The translations under genes and the position numbers were made by a program. Under the pieces are notes generated by a model. That model saw nothing but the letters and a program-made list of their open reading frames with translations. It did no database searches and was not told the origin of the DNA. Positions 38,888 through 53,310 of a stretch of DNA of 64,000 nucleotides are shown here, piece by piece (position 1 is the first letter of the stretch; every line of letters begins with the position of its first letter). The DNA is from Tubiluchus corallicola (lineage: Eukaryota; Animalia; Priapulida), in assembly GCA_030141605.1 (NCBI GenBank), contig JAQGDQ010000875.1, forward strand, positions 21,610 to 85,609, in the 5' to 3' direction.

Positions 38888-40619
38888 ACTCTTCTAAACT
38901 CTCTCACTTACTTGACACGAACTAATGTGAGTGGTTACGGCAATTGTTTGCAGGGTTGCCATATCAGAATGATAGCTCTTTACTTGTAGATGTTTTGTAT
39001 TTCAAGAGTTTAGGTCAGCAAAGATTATCAATAAGTATTCAGCGTTTTCAGACGGGGCGGGCATCAACACTTAACACTAATTTACTCTAATTATTGGGTT
39101 TGCTGAAACGAAGGAAGAGACAGCCTTGATACAAAAGACATGCATAATTACACTTTTATGAAAATTCCTCGCGTTTTTCATGCGAAAGACTATTCTAAAA
39201 AAGACAATTTAGCCCCCTGGTAATAGAGGTTATCTTCACGCACAAAAGCAGTTAAATAATACCCGTGCATACTACAACTTTAATGCCTCCAGCTGTTTAG
39301 CAAGCGTCTACACATCAGACACAACCAAATACGTAGTACAATAAATAAAACCAAATCTGTGTTTTCTGCAAGGCTATGGGTCAGCAGAACTAAAACGTGC
39401 CAGAATGTAGGGAAGTGAACTCAAAACTTGGCAGTGACACAGTTTTGCTTACAAACCAACAAAACGCAAATGGCGACACAAACAGTTGAAAAAAATAGGT
39501 CGTTTTAGATCAGTTCCCGTGTACGAAATATTAATGCGTTACTCGAGTAAAATATACATAGGTAAAAATATACACATGCCTGGAGAGCAAATGTAAATAT
39601 ACAGACCTTGAAAACTTCAGTTTCTTTTCACGTACAGATTATGCAACCAATAAACTGTAAAATTTGACACATCATACAGCCTAGCGTACCTACAACGTGT
39701 GTAACTAAAAATAGACACATTATCCTGCTGACGTATTACGAATATAGAACCATTGTTACAGACAAGCTTTTCCGTTGAAAATTAACCAGACCATACCGCT
39801 AAATTTACTGATTTCCAAAACTTGTTTATCCTAAAAACCAATAACTGCAACAACAACATTATTTTTAGGGTGAAAAGAAATTACGAAACCAAATGATAAA
39901 TTCCCAAACCGCAAAAGATAAACGAAAATTCATTGGAAATAAGTGTTGTAACGTGCAATCAACCTGTTTCGCGAAATTCTTTTATACTGTATTACCAGTT
40001 TCTTGTCCTAAACCTATCATTAACTCGAGTAACTAGCGGGAATCTTCAATTTTCGCAAGAACTCGGAAATAAAATGTGAGATTATAATTCCTTTCGCATA
40101 GCATTAGTGTCGTGTTTAGAATACTTCGTAAAAAAATACTGAAATATCGTAACATTACAGCAGCAGGACGGAAACAAGACAGTTAAGTGTAAGACCTATT
40201 ATAATAATTTACGGTGATGATTAACGGCTTACAATAAGCACGAATACTGATTAGCTATATCTTAACTGAAGCAGCGATGTTTTCTTTGTTAAAAATGATA
40301 AATTTAACCAGTTTGAATCAGGCGACAAAGCTGTAATAAATCGTGACTGAAGTTAAATATAAAACCTCACGCTTGGGGGCTTGTTTAGCTGCATTTAGTG
40401 TGTTAATAAGACAGCGTTGATATGACAATTGAATACAAAATCATATGAATCATATTTATGTCAGTGTTTACATAATAGGATTACCTTGTACCGATAACAT
40501 AATTGCAAATGAACAAACATAACAATAAAATGTATATTTGCTGCTGGCCTTAGAGGATCTTAATTATGATACTTAAACCACAGTCACATTAGTTTGCTGA
40601 TAGCGTATTGTTTAATTCA

Positions 40620-41176
40620 TATGGTAATGAAAATCCTAGCGAACGTAGGGCTGAATGAACGAATGGATGGACGAACGAATAAATAAACGCATGAATACGT
40701 GAATAAATAATGAAGGAAAAGAGGAAGGAAGAATGAAACGATTGACTGAAAGAATAAATGAACTGACGAATGCAACAGACTGACTACAAATAAATAAATT
40801 AGTAAATAAATAAACAAAAAATAAATGAATGAATGAATGAATGAATGAATGAATGAATGAATGAATGAATGAATGAATGAATGAATAAACGAACGAACGA
40901 ATGTATAAATAAACAAATGAGCGAAAGAACGAACGAAAGAATGAATAAATGAATGAATGAATGAATGAATGAATGAATGAATGAATGAATGAATGAATGA
41001 ATGAATGAATGAATGAATGAATGAATGAATGAACAATTGAACAAACGGACTGTTTAGTGAGAGAAAAGATATTCTTGGCAATCAGAATATTCCTAACTTT
41101 CTTGAACTCTTTAAAAACGGTTTTTCTGTAAATTGGTGTAAACCTGGGCAAAATTGTATAAGTTTTTACTGTTATT
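40620..41176 (+). repeat. About 560-bp block containing (GAAT)n/(GAAC)n, copy 1
   Basis: Direct repeat of 43263-43856, including unique sequence on both sides of the microsatellite. Confidence 0.9.
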
Positions 41177-42285
41177 TGTCATTCACCTTTTTTTGTTAAC
41201 CTTAATCATGAAAAAATGTTTACTAAAACTTCGATTTTGACGACGCCAATCGAATGCTAACACAATATATAAGTAATTATTGCATTCTGTATTGTGATGG
41301 TATTCTGTATTGTGCCGTGACAAAACGTTCGTCACAACAGGAAGGTCGCTTAATTTCCGTAAGTATGCAATAGTTAATCAAACATAATTGATCATACCAA
41401 TAACTTTTCGATCAAACTATGAAAACTGAATAACAAAATACTGCATTGGTCTTGGTTCGTTAGCTAGACATGTAAGGGACCTTGGTATGTGGCGATTGTG
41501 CGCTACCGTACATCCATCGCGCAAACAACCTTTACTTAGTGTAATTAGCTGAGGATATTCACGGGTTTTATTTTAAAAGTAAACTCTCGAACATGCAAGA
41601 TCAGGGAAAAGACAAAAAACTAAAGCCATTGTTATTTGTTTAGACAGGCGAGAAGTTGGTCAATGGGTCATTGATGTAACACGCACCCTTACAGCTCAGC
41701 AATGAGTTAGGCCTAATCTAAAGAAAAAACATAACTTTTGATTTTGAATTAATACCACTGTGATTAACACTTTCGATTCAAGTTTGAACGGGAGTAAAAA
41801 ATGTAGGTATTTGCCATTTCATTAGCTACATTGATTCGACATATTCGCTAAGAGAAAGAAAGACAAGCAACCAAAATGTACTTGAAAACATTGTCGTTAA
41901 CTGGTTATTTATAGTTATTAAAAATATTCTTACATATGTTTCGACAATTGAGATATTATTTACGAGAAAAATTCGTCCTTGAAACCCAGGAACTTGACAC
42001 ATTTTAACGAAACTTGGCCCTATTTAAGATTTGAAAACAATGTTTGAACGAAAAAACACGGGCTTAAAGAAAGAAAAATATTAGTGAAAAAAGGCCAAGA
42101 CATGCACGGAATTCTTACAAATCACAGACTATTTACAGGGCAAAAAGAATCACTAATTGCGCAGTGCTCACGCATAGTTCAGTAATTTATTTTAAATCAA
42201 TTCTCCTGGCTGTGTTGTGCATACATAAACTTTGACGCAAGTTATGCAAATACGTTAATTGTCAATGTCTTTATTTTCTTTTCAG

Positions 42286-42341
42286 AGATTTAAAAGTTGA
42301 GAATTTACTGCTAGACGAAAATCGTGACATTAAAATTATAG
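42286..42341 (+). CDS. HUNK: HUNK exon 4 (catalytic loop)
   Basis: Reads (R)DLKVENLLLDENRDIKII(D); TTTCAG acceptor, GTAAGC donor. Confidence 0.96.
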
Positions 42342-43262
42342 GTAAGCATAATCTATATTTCAAATCTAAAAACTGTGATTTAGTTGGTTTCTGTGTTTTA
42401 GTATAGACCTATAATGGAACCGCTTCAAATATTCTTATTATACCACGATTGATAATGTATTTTCCTTGCCTTGTAAAGCAACTTATTAAAATTTAATGGA
42501 GCGAAAAAATACACGCATCCGATGATTTGCAATAATTATGATACGTTATTGTGATTCCAGGTAATGACTGTTTTGTCTGGGTAATAACGCACAATTTAAT
42601 TGTAATAAAACCTCATTAGAATTTGTTGGAAGGCTCTTTGAAATTTGTTTCCTTTTTGGTATAAGAAATTTTTGCTAATTCGTAAAATTATCAGAGAAAT
42701 GTTATCATGGTGTTTTGTTTTCAAAAGAAGTAGGCCTGGTTGTTACGCTTAATAATTCGTTTTTATAATCACGTGTTACTTGCAATGTCGTCAAGTGGTC
42801 TAAGACACCTGATCTAGAGAATGCTTGTTTGGCTGCTCATCGCAGGTAATTCGACTACTTAACGTTATAATTCCTACTGCTTAACGTGAAACGCGCTGTA
42901 TGAAAGCGAATAATTTTAACTAATTTACTTATCGCAGATACCAGACGACTTGTTCGGTGCGACTAGAGTAAACTGATATTGCATTGAAGCACCTACGACC
43001 GCATATGAGCAATCGCAGTCACGTTTTGTGCCTTCTCATTAATTTAAATGTACACATTGTTATCGCCCAGCATTATTCAACCTTTACATTCGGTTGGGTA
43101 GTGATACTACATAGAATTGTCGTGCATCATTGAACCTGTAATGCACAGTGTAACCGATAAGATTATCGGTGATAAGTCGATTTGACGATGTATAAATTAC
43201 CTCCAATGCAGACACAACCAGCTTGTGCAACGTGGCAATGCCATAGGAAGCAGAAACGTTTT

Positions 43263-44083
<821 letters not shown>

Positions 44084-44471
44084 TAAGTAAAAAATCAATA
44101 AGATTCCATATGATAAAATTAATTGAATTAACTCAGCTCAGCTTCAGTAGTTAAGTAAATGCTTCACTATGCCAACAGACACTTGGAGTACTAATATAAG
44201 TTTCACTCACCTGTTATATCACCACTATTAGTTTTAACTTACGTGTAACTTTACGTGTTTTAATATGCAATAGTTTAAATTAGTTTCTGCAACTGCTAAT
44301 TATAATTGTAAGTTTATTTTGAAATTTTATTGCATGTGTACTTTTTAGTATGTAATTTTGCTTGACGTATCTGAAAAATTACGAACTGTTAATTTTAATC
44401 GTAATTTCTTCTCATTATTTCAACGCATTATATTGTAACGTGTAATTTTACTATGTAATTTACTTATTTAA

Positions 44472-44475
<4 letters not shown>

Positions 44476-44558
<83 letters not shown>

Positions 44559-44645
44559 CTGTGTGTTTGTCTGTTTGTCTGTTTGTCTGTTTGTCTGTCT
44601 GTCTATCCATCTACCTGTCTGTTTGTCTGCCTGTCTGCCTATCTA

Positions 44646-44680
<35 letters not shown>

Positions 44681-44965
44681 GTCTATCTATCAATCTATCT
44701 GTCTGTCTGTCTGTCTACCTACCTACCTACCTACCTACCTACGTATATCCATCCACGTATCCATCCATCCATCCATCCATCCATCCATCCATCCATCCAT
44801 CCATCCATCCATCCATCCATCCATCCATCCATCCATCCATCCATCCAGCCATCTATCTACCTGTCCACCTACCTACCTACCTACCTACCTACCTACCTAC
44901 CTACCTACCTACCTACCTACCTGCCTACCTGCCTACCTACCTACATACATACCTACCTATCTATC
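44476..44965. repeat. Compound microsatellite (CT)n-(GTCT)n-(CCTA)n-(CATC)n-(CCTA)n
   Basis: Seen directly in the sequence. Confidence 0.95.
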
Positions 44966-46992
44966 TCCCTATAAGTTCCAAACTTTTGAATAGATGTTTT
45001 TCGACCTTAAATGGCTCATGAACATATTGATGCCACATTTGACAACTACGTCTCTCAGCCCCTTCCTTCATCCTAATAAAATTCTGTATTCTCTGCAGAG
45101 CATAAAAGCATCTCTGTTTTAGTTAGAAATCTCTGGATCTGTTGCGACTAACAATGCGTAATTCGAATTTATGAATGGCTCTTAATATGTGTAAAAACAA
45201 GTTAGATTATCCAATTATGCTTTACACGAGAAACCATCTGATTTGAATACATCAGCTATCCCATAATGTTCACCAGTAAAAACTAAACTAATTCACAATA
45301 ATATTTATTTATAACACAACCGACTTAATTATCACATTTCAAAATAATGGCTTTGGAATGTGTAAATTTTCTGTCGTTACATCATTTCGTGATGACTTTT
45401 GTTCATTGGCACTTTAGTAAAACATTTTATCCTAAAAATTAATGTGAATCTCATTGTTATAATCAGAATTACTGATCGATTCAAATCTAGCCAACAATAT
45501 GAAGTAATTACGTCTTAATTAATCACACTTTTTTACACACCTGTACATAAATTTTTTACCGGATTTAAAATTAAACACTTTAAACACACTAAAGAATGCT
45601 CATTTTGCGAACGGAGAGGTAGATGAGTGGTCACGGTGTGCTTAGCCATCAAAGTTAAGCAACGCCGAGCCTAGTGAGTGAAGAGATGACATTCGCTCGC
45701 CTGCATGGCACATTCGCCCTACTGATCCTAGCTTTGCCTCGTTACGTGAGGACGTAATCACGTCTGAACACGGCTAAGAGAGTGTCTCATTTTAGACCAT
45801 TAGTCTTGATAAGCAAAATTCCAATCTTGTCACAACCATTGACAATTGGTCATAACGACGAGTGCTGCACAACACAACAGTTTACATTATGTTCTGCCGA
45901 ACTGTACTAAAAACTATGTTCTATCAAAATTTGATTAATTTCCGGCTACTTTGAACCGCCATTTTCTATCCCACAATGCCCATCGCGCATCACATTAATT
46001 CCAAGAATTACAATCAGTAACTTACCTAAGAAAGCTTAACAAAACAAGAGAAAAAGTAACTGACGGCTGACATTATGCTACACGTCCGTTAATCTTTGTA
46101 TTGATAGTCAGGTGGCGTTTTTAATCGGCTGTAAAATTTGATTTCGTATTCAGCAAACTAAGCGTTGTATTATTACGGTACAGTAAACAATAGAAAGTGA
46201 CCGTTTTAGGACATGAATTTCAATGGGCTGCGTTTTAGGTTAAGAATTTTATGATGACACAGATTTTCAGTTTTATGACGTTCATGTGTTGAAATAAAAC
46301 GTTTTGGTTTGCCCGTGTGAAAAGTAAATAACAAGCTGGTGTGAACGCCGCTTTTACCTTTTTGTTGCAAATGGTAGAAATTCAATAAAACTTGACGACA
46401 TTCTTGTGAACAAAGAAATTGGAAATTTATAATTCGGTTAGTGAACAAGTTGTTGTCAGTAGCGTAAATAAATAAAATTAAGTGGCGATTGACGCAAAAG
46501 TTTATGTAAAACTTTGTCCTAAAATTAGATTTCGGGAAAGTAATATGTAATATGAAGATTTTACAGGAAAAGCCTTTAGGGATTGTTGTAAACGGGATAA
46601 CTGTGTGGAAAAATCAATTTTTTCAGGATTTTATCCGTATTTCTATGCATTAGGCCTAGATAGTATAACCTGATTCGTACATCACAAATACTTCATACTC
46701 GCTTTAAACAATAGTCAGCACCACTATACACAAAAAACAAAGCTAGACAAAGGTTTAGAAAAATTTTTTAAACAAGGTTAGAAGTTGAATTCAGGCCAGA
46801 ATTAGGGGGATCGAATAACTAGATGTTTAAAAAAGTACGAAAAGTCTCTATGCAACCAGAATTCTTTAGTTCTGAATTTAAACGCCATACATGTAAAACA
46901 GAAACGAATGACCCGCTAAATTAATGGATTTATAAGACCTATTCATGGTGCACATATTTCTATTGCAAACGTTTTTGTTAATTACAATTTAA

Positions 46993-47449
46993 CCCTTTCA
47001 TACCCGTTGTATCCCGTGGGATATGGGAATATTTTCTGCATTTAAAATTAATAAAATTTTAAAACTGACAGTTATTTGATCTGTTAATAGTTATTTTGAT
47101 TTAAGCCAATAACAATAGACTAAAACTGGTGATAAAATGGCAAACTAGAAAATCTACATAGCATAAAAAACTGCTCAAGGTACAGTACTTTAGAGACGAC
47201 TTTGTACAGATCAGCATAGCGTGCATACTAAATGTCTTAAATACTTTATAAAAAATTATCAGCAATTGCAAAATGAAGCACATTTCATGCTTCCGTTGAA
47301 TCTCAGTGTATCCCGTGGGATACAGGCTATATTTAGCACGCGGATACAGGCAGAAAAAAATTATTATGTGTAAACAAGATGGACATACTGAACAAAAGTA
47401 CCAAGCCAAAAAATTTTTTTATTACAAAAATAATTTGGGACTGAAAGGG
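46993..47449. mobile_element. piggyBac-type MITE
   Basis: TTAA|CCCTTTCATACCC ... GGGACTGAAAGGG|TTAA; internal GTATCCCGTGGGATA repeats. Confidence 0.8.
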
Positions 47450-48486
47450 TTAAACAATAAACGAGGCTTAGGCTACTGTAGTTACAGCGATAACAGCAGA
47501 TTAAAAACACCCGTGTAGCTAAGAATTCAAATTGCCTAACTAAATTGCTCCAGGGTTTTATTAAATTAATGACTATCGACTTATGGAAATATATCGGCTC
47601 ACAAGAAAACGTAAAGCATTGTTTTCTTGCTTCATATTTTCAAACACATTTCAAATAATGTAAATAATATAATCCATAAAGTCCCAGGTAAATCATGCTT
47701 AGACCAAAGCATCTTAAAAATATAAAAATTTTAGATGAAATCTCGCTGAATAAGGTTATAAAGCCAACCGTTGATAATGTGCATTAAATTAATGGAAGTA
47801 GGTTAAGCATACTTTTGCTAAATTCCTTTTTAAAAACCAGTTTCTTCTTAAATTAAAAACACCACAATTAATAATCACATCCAACCAGAGTTTAGGACAG
47901 CATAATTTAATTTATATAGCGTAAAATTATCGAGTTACTTCAACAAACAAGCAACAACAATAATTACAGCAATGAGTAAACGATTTCGATAATTACTAGC
48001 CCATCAGCTAGACAAGAAAAATGGAACAGTTCACAAAACGCAAGCATATTTACATTAGTTTGCTCAAACAATTGTTGATGAATTGCCATTTATGAGTAAC
48101 CTGCCCTTCCTGTAAATATTGCTCAATGAATTTTATCATTTTGTCCATCTGAAATAAGTCAGTGCGCTCATTATAACTGTATTGTGCGAGGATAATGGGT
48201 TTTTGCTCTTAATCTGATAATTTACCGTCGCAAAATGAGTTCAATACCAAGCGCATTGTAATTCAGCAACAAATCTTGCAGGTGTATTAATATTATTACC
48301 ATCAAACGAATGTTTGTCATTAATCAAAGATCGTCTTGAATAGTACACTGGGCCTGATATATCTACAAATCAATATACTTTCATTGGCTTTTCTTACTTG
48401 ACTTGTGTATGTAGTCAAAACCATACAGTATCTTATACTTTTCTTTAATATTTGTCCATCTTAGTAATCCCGCTAAACTGAAGAGT

Positions 48487-49034
48487 TTAAAAGAAGACCG
48501 GACGCTTGTTTAGACTCAATCTCATTTTAATTTATTGTCCAAAATATACATTTTCTGGCCTATGAAAGTTAACAATTGTTTCTTATATTTGATAATTAGG
48601 TTAGAAAGTTAATTAACGGCAACAGAACACAGTTGTTGGTTACGTCAGAGACTAACCACAGTTTGTGCAATGCGCGTCTTCCCTTGCGCATCAAGCACAT
48701 TTGCATAAGTGTTACTGCTTAAACTCAAGATGTCAGGAAAATAGGTTCTACATCATATGACGTCAGAAACTAACACTGCAGTTCATGACATGGTTATCAT
48801 GGTACCGCCTTCTATTTGTCGGCCACGCGCATGTGACAAAAAGGCGCCGCTCCCAATCTTAACAGATTCACTGAGCCGCGCGTAGCTTTAAAAGTTTAAC
48901 GAAATTTGAGTATCCGAGGTAACTATTTCTTAATGTAAGCTTTGATTTAAATTAAATCAAATTGTAGTTTTCAATATTTTAGAGCATTCTTTATTCTGAA
49001 CTAATGTCTACACAATCATCCGGTTTTCCTTTAA
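48487..49034 (+). mobile_element. T2/Kolobok-type MITE copy 5
   Basis: TTAAAAGAAGACCGGACG...CATCCGGTTTTCCTTTAA; full-length body. Confidence 0.85.
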
Positions 49035-49280
49035 TAATATAGATGGATATACACAGTATAACCAATCTATATAATATATTTTTAACACAAGCTTTCAACT
49101 ATACAAAAGATAAAAAGGTTTTAATGTGTTGTGCAGACCCAGTACAAGGAATTCTTAATTGATAAAAACGATGAATTTGTTGACGAAACAAAGTCATTAA
49201 GAAATACCAAATTCAAAACGTAAACTGTTTTCATTCGGAAAAACGGGACCTAAATGAACAAGAATTTGTAATTCTATCAA

Positions 49281-50643
49281 ATGTTGTCACATAGTTTTAC
49301 GTAATTGTCTAATGATGAGTCTTGTTACAGTGGGGTGAATATGTTGCCACATAGTTTTACGTAGTTGTCTAATCATGAGCCTTGTTACAGTGGGGTGAAT
49401 ATGTTGTCACATAGTTCTACGTAGTTGTCTAATCACGAGCCTTGTTACAGTGGGGTGAATATGTTGTCACATAGTTTTACGTAGTTGTCTAATCATGAGC
49501 CTTGTTACAGTGGGGTGAATATGTTGTCACATAGTTCTACGTAGTTGTCTAATCATGAGCCTTGTTACAGTGGGGTGAATATGTTGTCACATAGTTTTAC
49601 GTAGTTGTCTAATGATGAGTCTTGTTACAGTGGGGTGAATTTGTTGTCACATAGTTTTACGTAGTTGTCTAATCATGAGTCTTGTTACAGTGGGGTGAAT
49701 ATGTTGTCACATAGTTTTACGTAGTTGTCTAATGATGAGCCTTGTTACAGTGGGGTGAATTTGTTGTCACATAGTTTTACGTAGTTGTCTAATGATGAGT
49801 CTTGTTACAGTGAGGTGAATATGTTGCCACATAGTTTTACGTAGTTGTCTAATCATGAGCCTTGTTACAGTGAGGTGAATATGTTGCCACATAGTTTTAC
49901 GTAGTTGTCTAATCATGAGTCTTGTTACAGTGGGGTGAACATGTTGTCACATAGTCTTACGTAGTTGTCTAATCTTGAGTCTTGTTACAGTGGGGTGAAC
50001 ATGTTGTCACATAGTCTTACGTAGTTGTCTAATCATGAGCCTTGTTACAGTGGGGTGAATATGTTGTCACATAGTTTTACGTAGTTGTCTAATCATGAGC
50101 CTTGTTACAGTGGGGTGAACATGTTGTCACATAGTCTTACGTAGTTGTCTAATCATGAGCCTTGTTACAGTGGGGTGAACATGTTGTCACATAGTTTTAC
50201 GTAGTTGTCTAATCATGAGCCTTGTTACAGTGGGGTGAACATGTTGTCACATAGTTTTACGTAGTTGTCTAATCATGAGCCTTGTTACAGTGGGGTGAAC
50301 ATGTTGTCACATAGTCTTACGTAGTTGTCTAATCTTGAGTCTTGTTACAGTGGGGTGAACATGTTGTCACATAGTCTTACGTAGTTGTCTAATCATGAGC
50401 CTTGTTACAGTGGGGTGAACATGTTGTCACATAGTTTTACGTAGTTGTCTAATCATGAGCCTTGTTACAGTGGGGTGAACATGTTGTCACATAGTTTTAC
50501 GTAGTTGTCTAATGATGAGCTTTGTTACAGTTGGGTGAATATGTTGCCACATAGTTTTACGTAGTTGTCTAATCATGAGCCTTGTTACAGTGGGGTGAAT
50601 ATGTTGTCTAATCATGAGCCTTGTTACAGTGGGGTGAACATGT
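49281..50643 (+). repeat. 60-bp minisatellite (22 copies + one 39-bp unit) built from the HUNK intron 5/exon 6 junction
   Basis: Unit ATGTTGTCACATAGTTTTACGTAGTTGTCTAATCATGAGCCTTGTTACAG|TGGGGTGAAT; the final unit is the real acceptor at 50629. Confidence 0.97.
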
Positions 50644-50757
50644 ACGCAATGCTAACAGGAAATCTACCGTTCACAGTGAGTCCCTTCAACATCAAAGCTC
50701 TTCATACAAAGATGATAAACAAAGAGATGAACCCCATGCCGGAAAATCTTAGTAAAG
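50630..50757 (+). CDS. HUNK: HUNK exon 6
   Basis: Reads GVNMYAMLTGNLPFTVSPFNIKALHTKMINKEMNPMPENLSK (compare GVNMYAMLTGTLPFTVEPF); donor G|GTAAGA. Confidence 0.95.
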
Positions 50758-50950
50758 GTAAGAATTTCCACAACTGTTAGCTTATACGTGGGCGATGCCG
50801 GTGGGGGGGGGGTACAAGACGAGATTAACGAGACAAGTGTGTGTGTGTGTGGGGGGGGGGGTCGTAAGTCCCACCATTTGGCAGGTAAACAATGATACTT
50901 AGTGGTATCTAAATGATCTTTGCTTAAAAGTGAGTTGATTTCTAACTCAA

Positions 50951-51292
50951 TGGCTATCCAGGTGCAGGACTGCCTAACTTCGTAATTAAGCTTACACTTT
51001 GGCTATCCAGGTGCAGGGCTACCTAACTTCGTAAATAAGCATACACTTTGACTATCCAGGTGCAGGGCTAGTTAACTTCGTAATTAAGCATACACTTTGA
51101 CTATCCAGGTGCAGGACTACCTAACTTCGTAATTAAGCTTACACTTTGACTATCCAGGTGCAGGACTGCCTAACTTCGTAATTAAGCATACACTTTGACT
51201 ATCCAGGTGCAGGACTACCTAACTTCGTAATTAAACATACACTTTGACTATCCAGGTGCAGGACTACCTAACTTCGTAATTAAACATACACC
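50951..51292. repeat. 49-bp minisatellite x7, HUNK intron 6
   Basis: TGACTATCCAGGTGCAGGACTACCTAACTTCGTAATTAAGCATACACTT units. Confidence 0.95.
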
Positions 51293-51407
51293 ATTACTTT
51301 TCAATGTTTCTCGTTCTGATTACAATTCATTAGTCGTTGCCATAAAATTATCAGGGTGGTAAAATAGTTTATCTGCATAATCAGATTTTCATTTCATCTT
51401 TATGTAG

Positions 51408-51500
51408 CTGGATGTGAATTCATGTTAAAGCTACTTGCTCCTGATCCTGAGGAAAGGATCACTTTAGCAGATGCCATGCAACACAGGTGGATTAACGAAG
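51408..51500 (+). CDS. HUNK: HUNK exon 7 (end of kinase domain)
   Basis: Reads AGCEFMLKLLAPDPEERITLADAMQHRWINE. Confidence 0.93.
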
Positions 51501-52826
51501 GTAAACATTTTTTTACCAGAACCAGTTCTTTGTGGAATTTAGCACTAATGTCGTCATTGTCGTGTTTTATATATGCTGTAAACAAAAAGCACGTAAACAA
51601 ACTTAGACACCTACTGTGTGACAAACATGTATAGCATCCATTGTACTGATATTGTTGAGCGTTTCATAGAGTTAATGATGTATAAATATACTCTAATTAG
51701 CTAAAACGTAAATAATTACTGCATACTTTATACGAACTGCCAATGACTAGACACACCTGGTGAAATATTAATTAACCTGCACATGTGTGAACTATTAGTT
51801 AATTACAGGTGCCAGTCAGTAACCAAGAGAAGACAGTTTGCTAATGCAGGAACAGTAGGTTTAACTTATACAGGATCCAGATTCACTACATTCTTGTTAT
51901 CCATTATTTATAAACAACATTCAATGAACTTGATGATATATAGTGTCAGTATCAGTGAATGAAGTAGCACTGATGCTCTTAGCAAGGTTTCTTTACTAAT
52001 GAATATCTTCACAATCAAACGACGATGTCTCGAATGTCAATAAACTTGTTATTCAAACCTATTGTTCTCTACTTGACTCAAGCAGTGTGGCTTCTCGTAG
52101 TCACAGTGCAGCCACCATTTCTAAAACTTGATGAGGGTGATTCAGCTTAACATATTCTTGAAATCTGGCAGATCAGGCAAAGGGCCAAGCTAGACTTTGC
52201 ATGGAGCCTTGCATGTTCTGTAACTCAGAAGCAGTTGGTGCTAATGTCATACAAAATGCGGAGGTTATACCCACTCCAAGGCTTAAAGTTTTTTATCTGA
52301 CACAAATATGAAGGCTACAGGTCATGGTCGAGTGCTCGCAAATCGCGCGTAGTATATGCACGTATGTCTTCTGCCCTTAAATGTAAGAGGTACTTAATAT
52401 CAGATGCTATTGAACTGGTTAGGTTAGTCCCCTAGTCGCATTCATCTAAGACAGATCGAGACACAAGAGTCAAATGCTCCACTCTCTAGCTTACATGTAA
52501 AGCAACTATGTCCAGAAATTCTGTCATAAAGATATAGATATTTTAAAGGGTACTATGTAAAGCATGTGGAGCATGTATAAAACAGCGAATGATCTGATTC
52601 TATTATCAACTCATTGAAAAAATTTTGAGACGTACTTCAGAACTACATGTGTTAGTAGTCTGATCAAACTTATAAATTGATTATTTTACTATTAAATTGT
52701 ATAAACCTAATGGATCAGCACGCACGGCTTTCACAATGAAAGGTTTCTGATCCTTATTCTAGACTGATTCTTAAGGATTTACTTAGACAATCTATTGTTA
52801 ACTTCCCATTTACGTTTAGTGTAATA

Positions 52827-53310
52827 CAGTCAACTTCGAGTATAAGGTACTCGCTTATAAAGGACCACCAGCACCGGTCCCGATTTTTCGTAACGTTTTT
52901 CCTATGTAAAAGTCTTCGTATATAAGGTACTCGGATATAAGGGACTTTCGGTTATAAGGGACGATATCTTCAGGTCCAGTGTAATAGAACTCCGGTAAAT
53001 TACCTCATAATATATAAGGAACCCTATGATCAAAGCGAAATTGATCGATTTTTAACCTCAATTTTTTTGCAAACTCGGCTTACGAACAGCTTGGTTTCCG
53101 CGTCACATACATCTCGCATCACTGAAGGAGCTTCCTACATATCGTTTGCACTGAATGTGTAGCAATAATCCATAAAAATATGGGTAAAGGTGCAGAAAAG
53201 TACAAGTCTAGATACACCTGCGATCTGACTCAACTTCGGCTATAAGGGACATCGGATATAAGGGACGGTCTTTTCCGGTTCCGAGGTGTCCCTTAATCCG
53301 AGGTTCACTG
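52827..53310. mobile_element. pogo/Tigger-type (Tc1/mariner) MITE
   Basis: TA|CAGTCAACTTCGAGTATAAGG ... CCTTAATCCGAGGTTCACTG|TA; internal GGATATAAGGGAC repeats. Confidence 0.75.

Noticed and set aside
42782-42860. tRNA-Leu-like gene
   Set aside because: Only a degenerate A-box/B-box resemblance and no cloverleaf; at most an old tRNA-SINE head.
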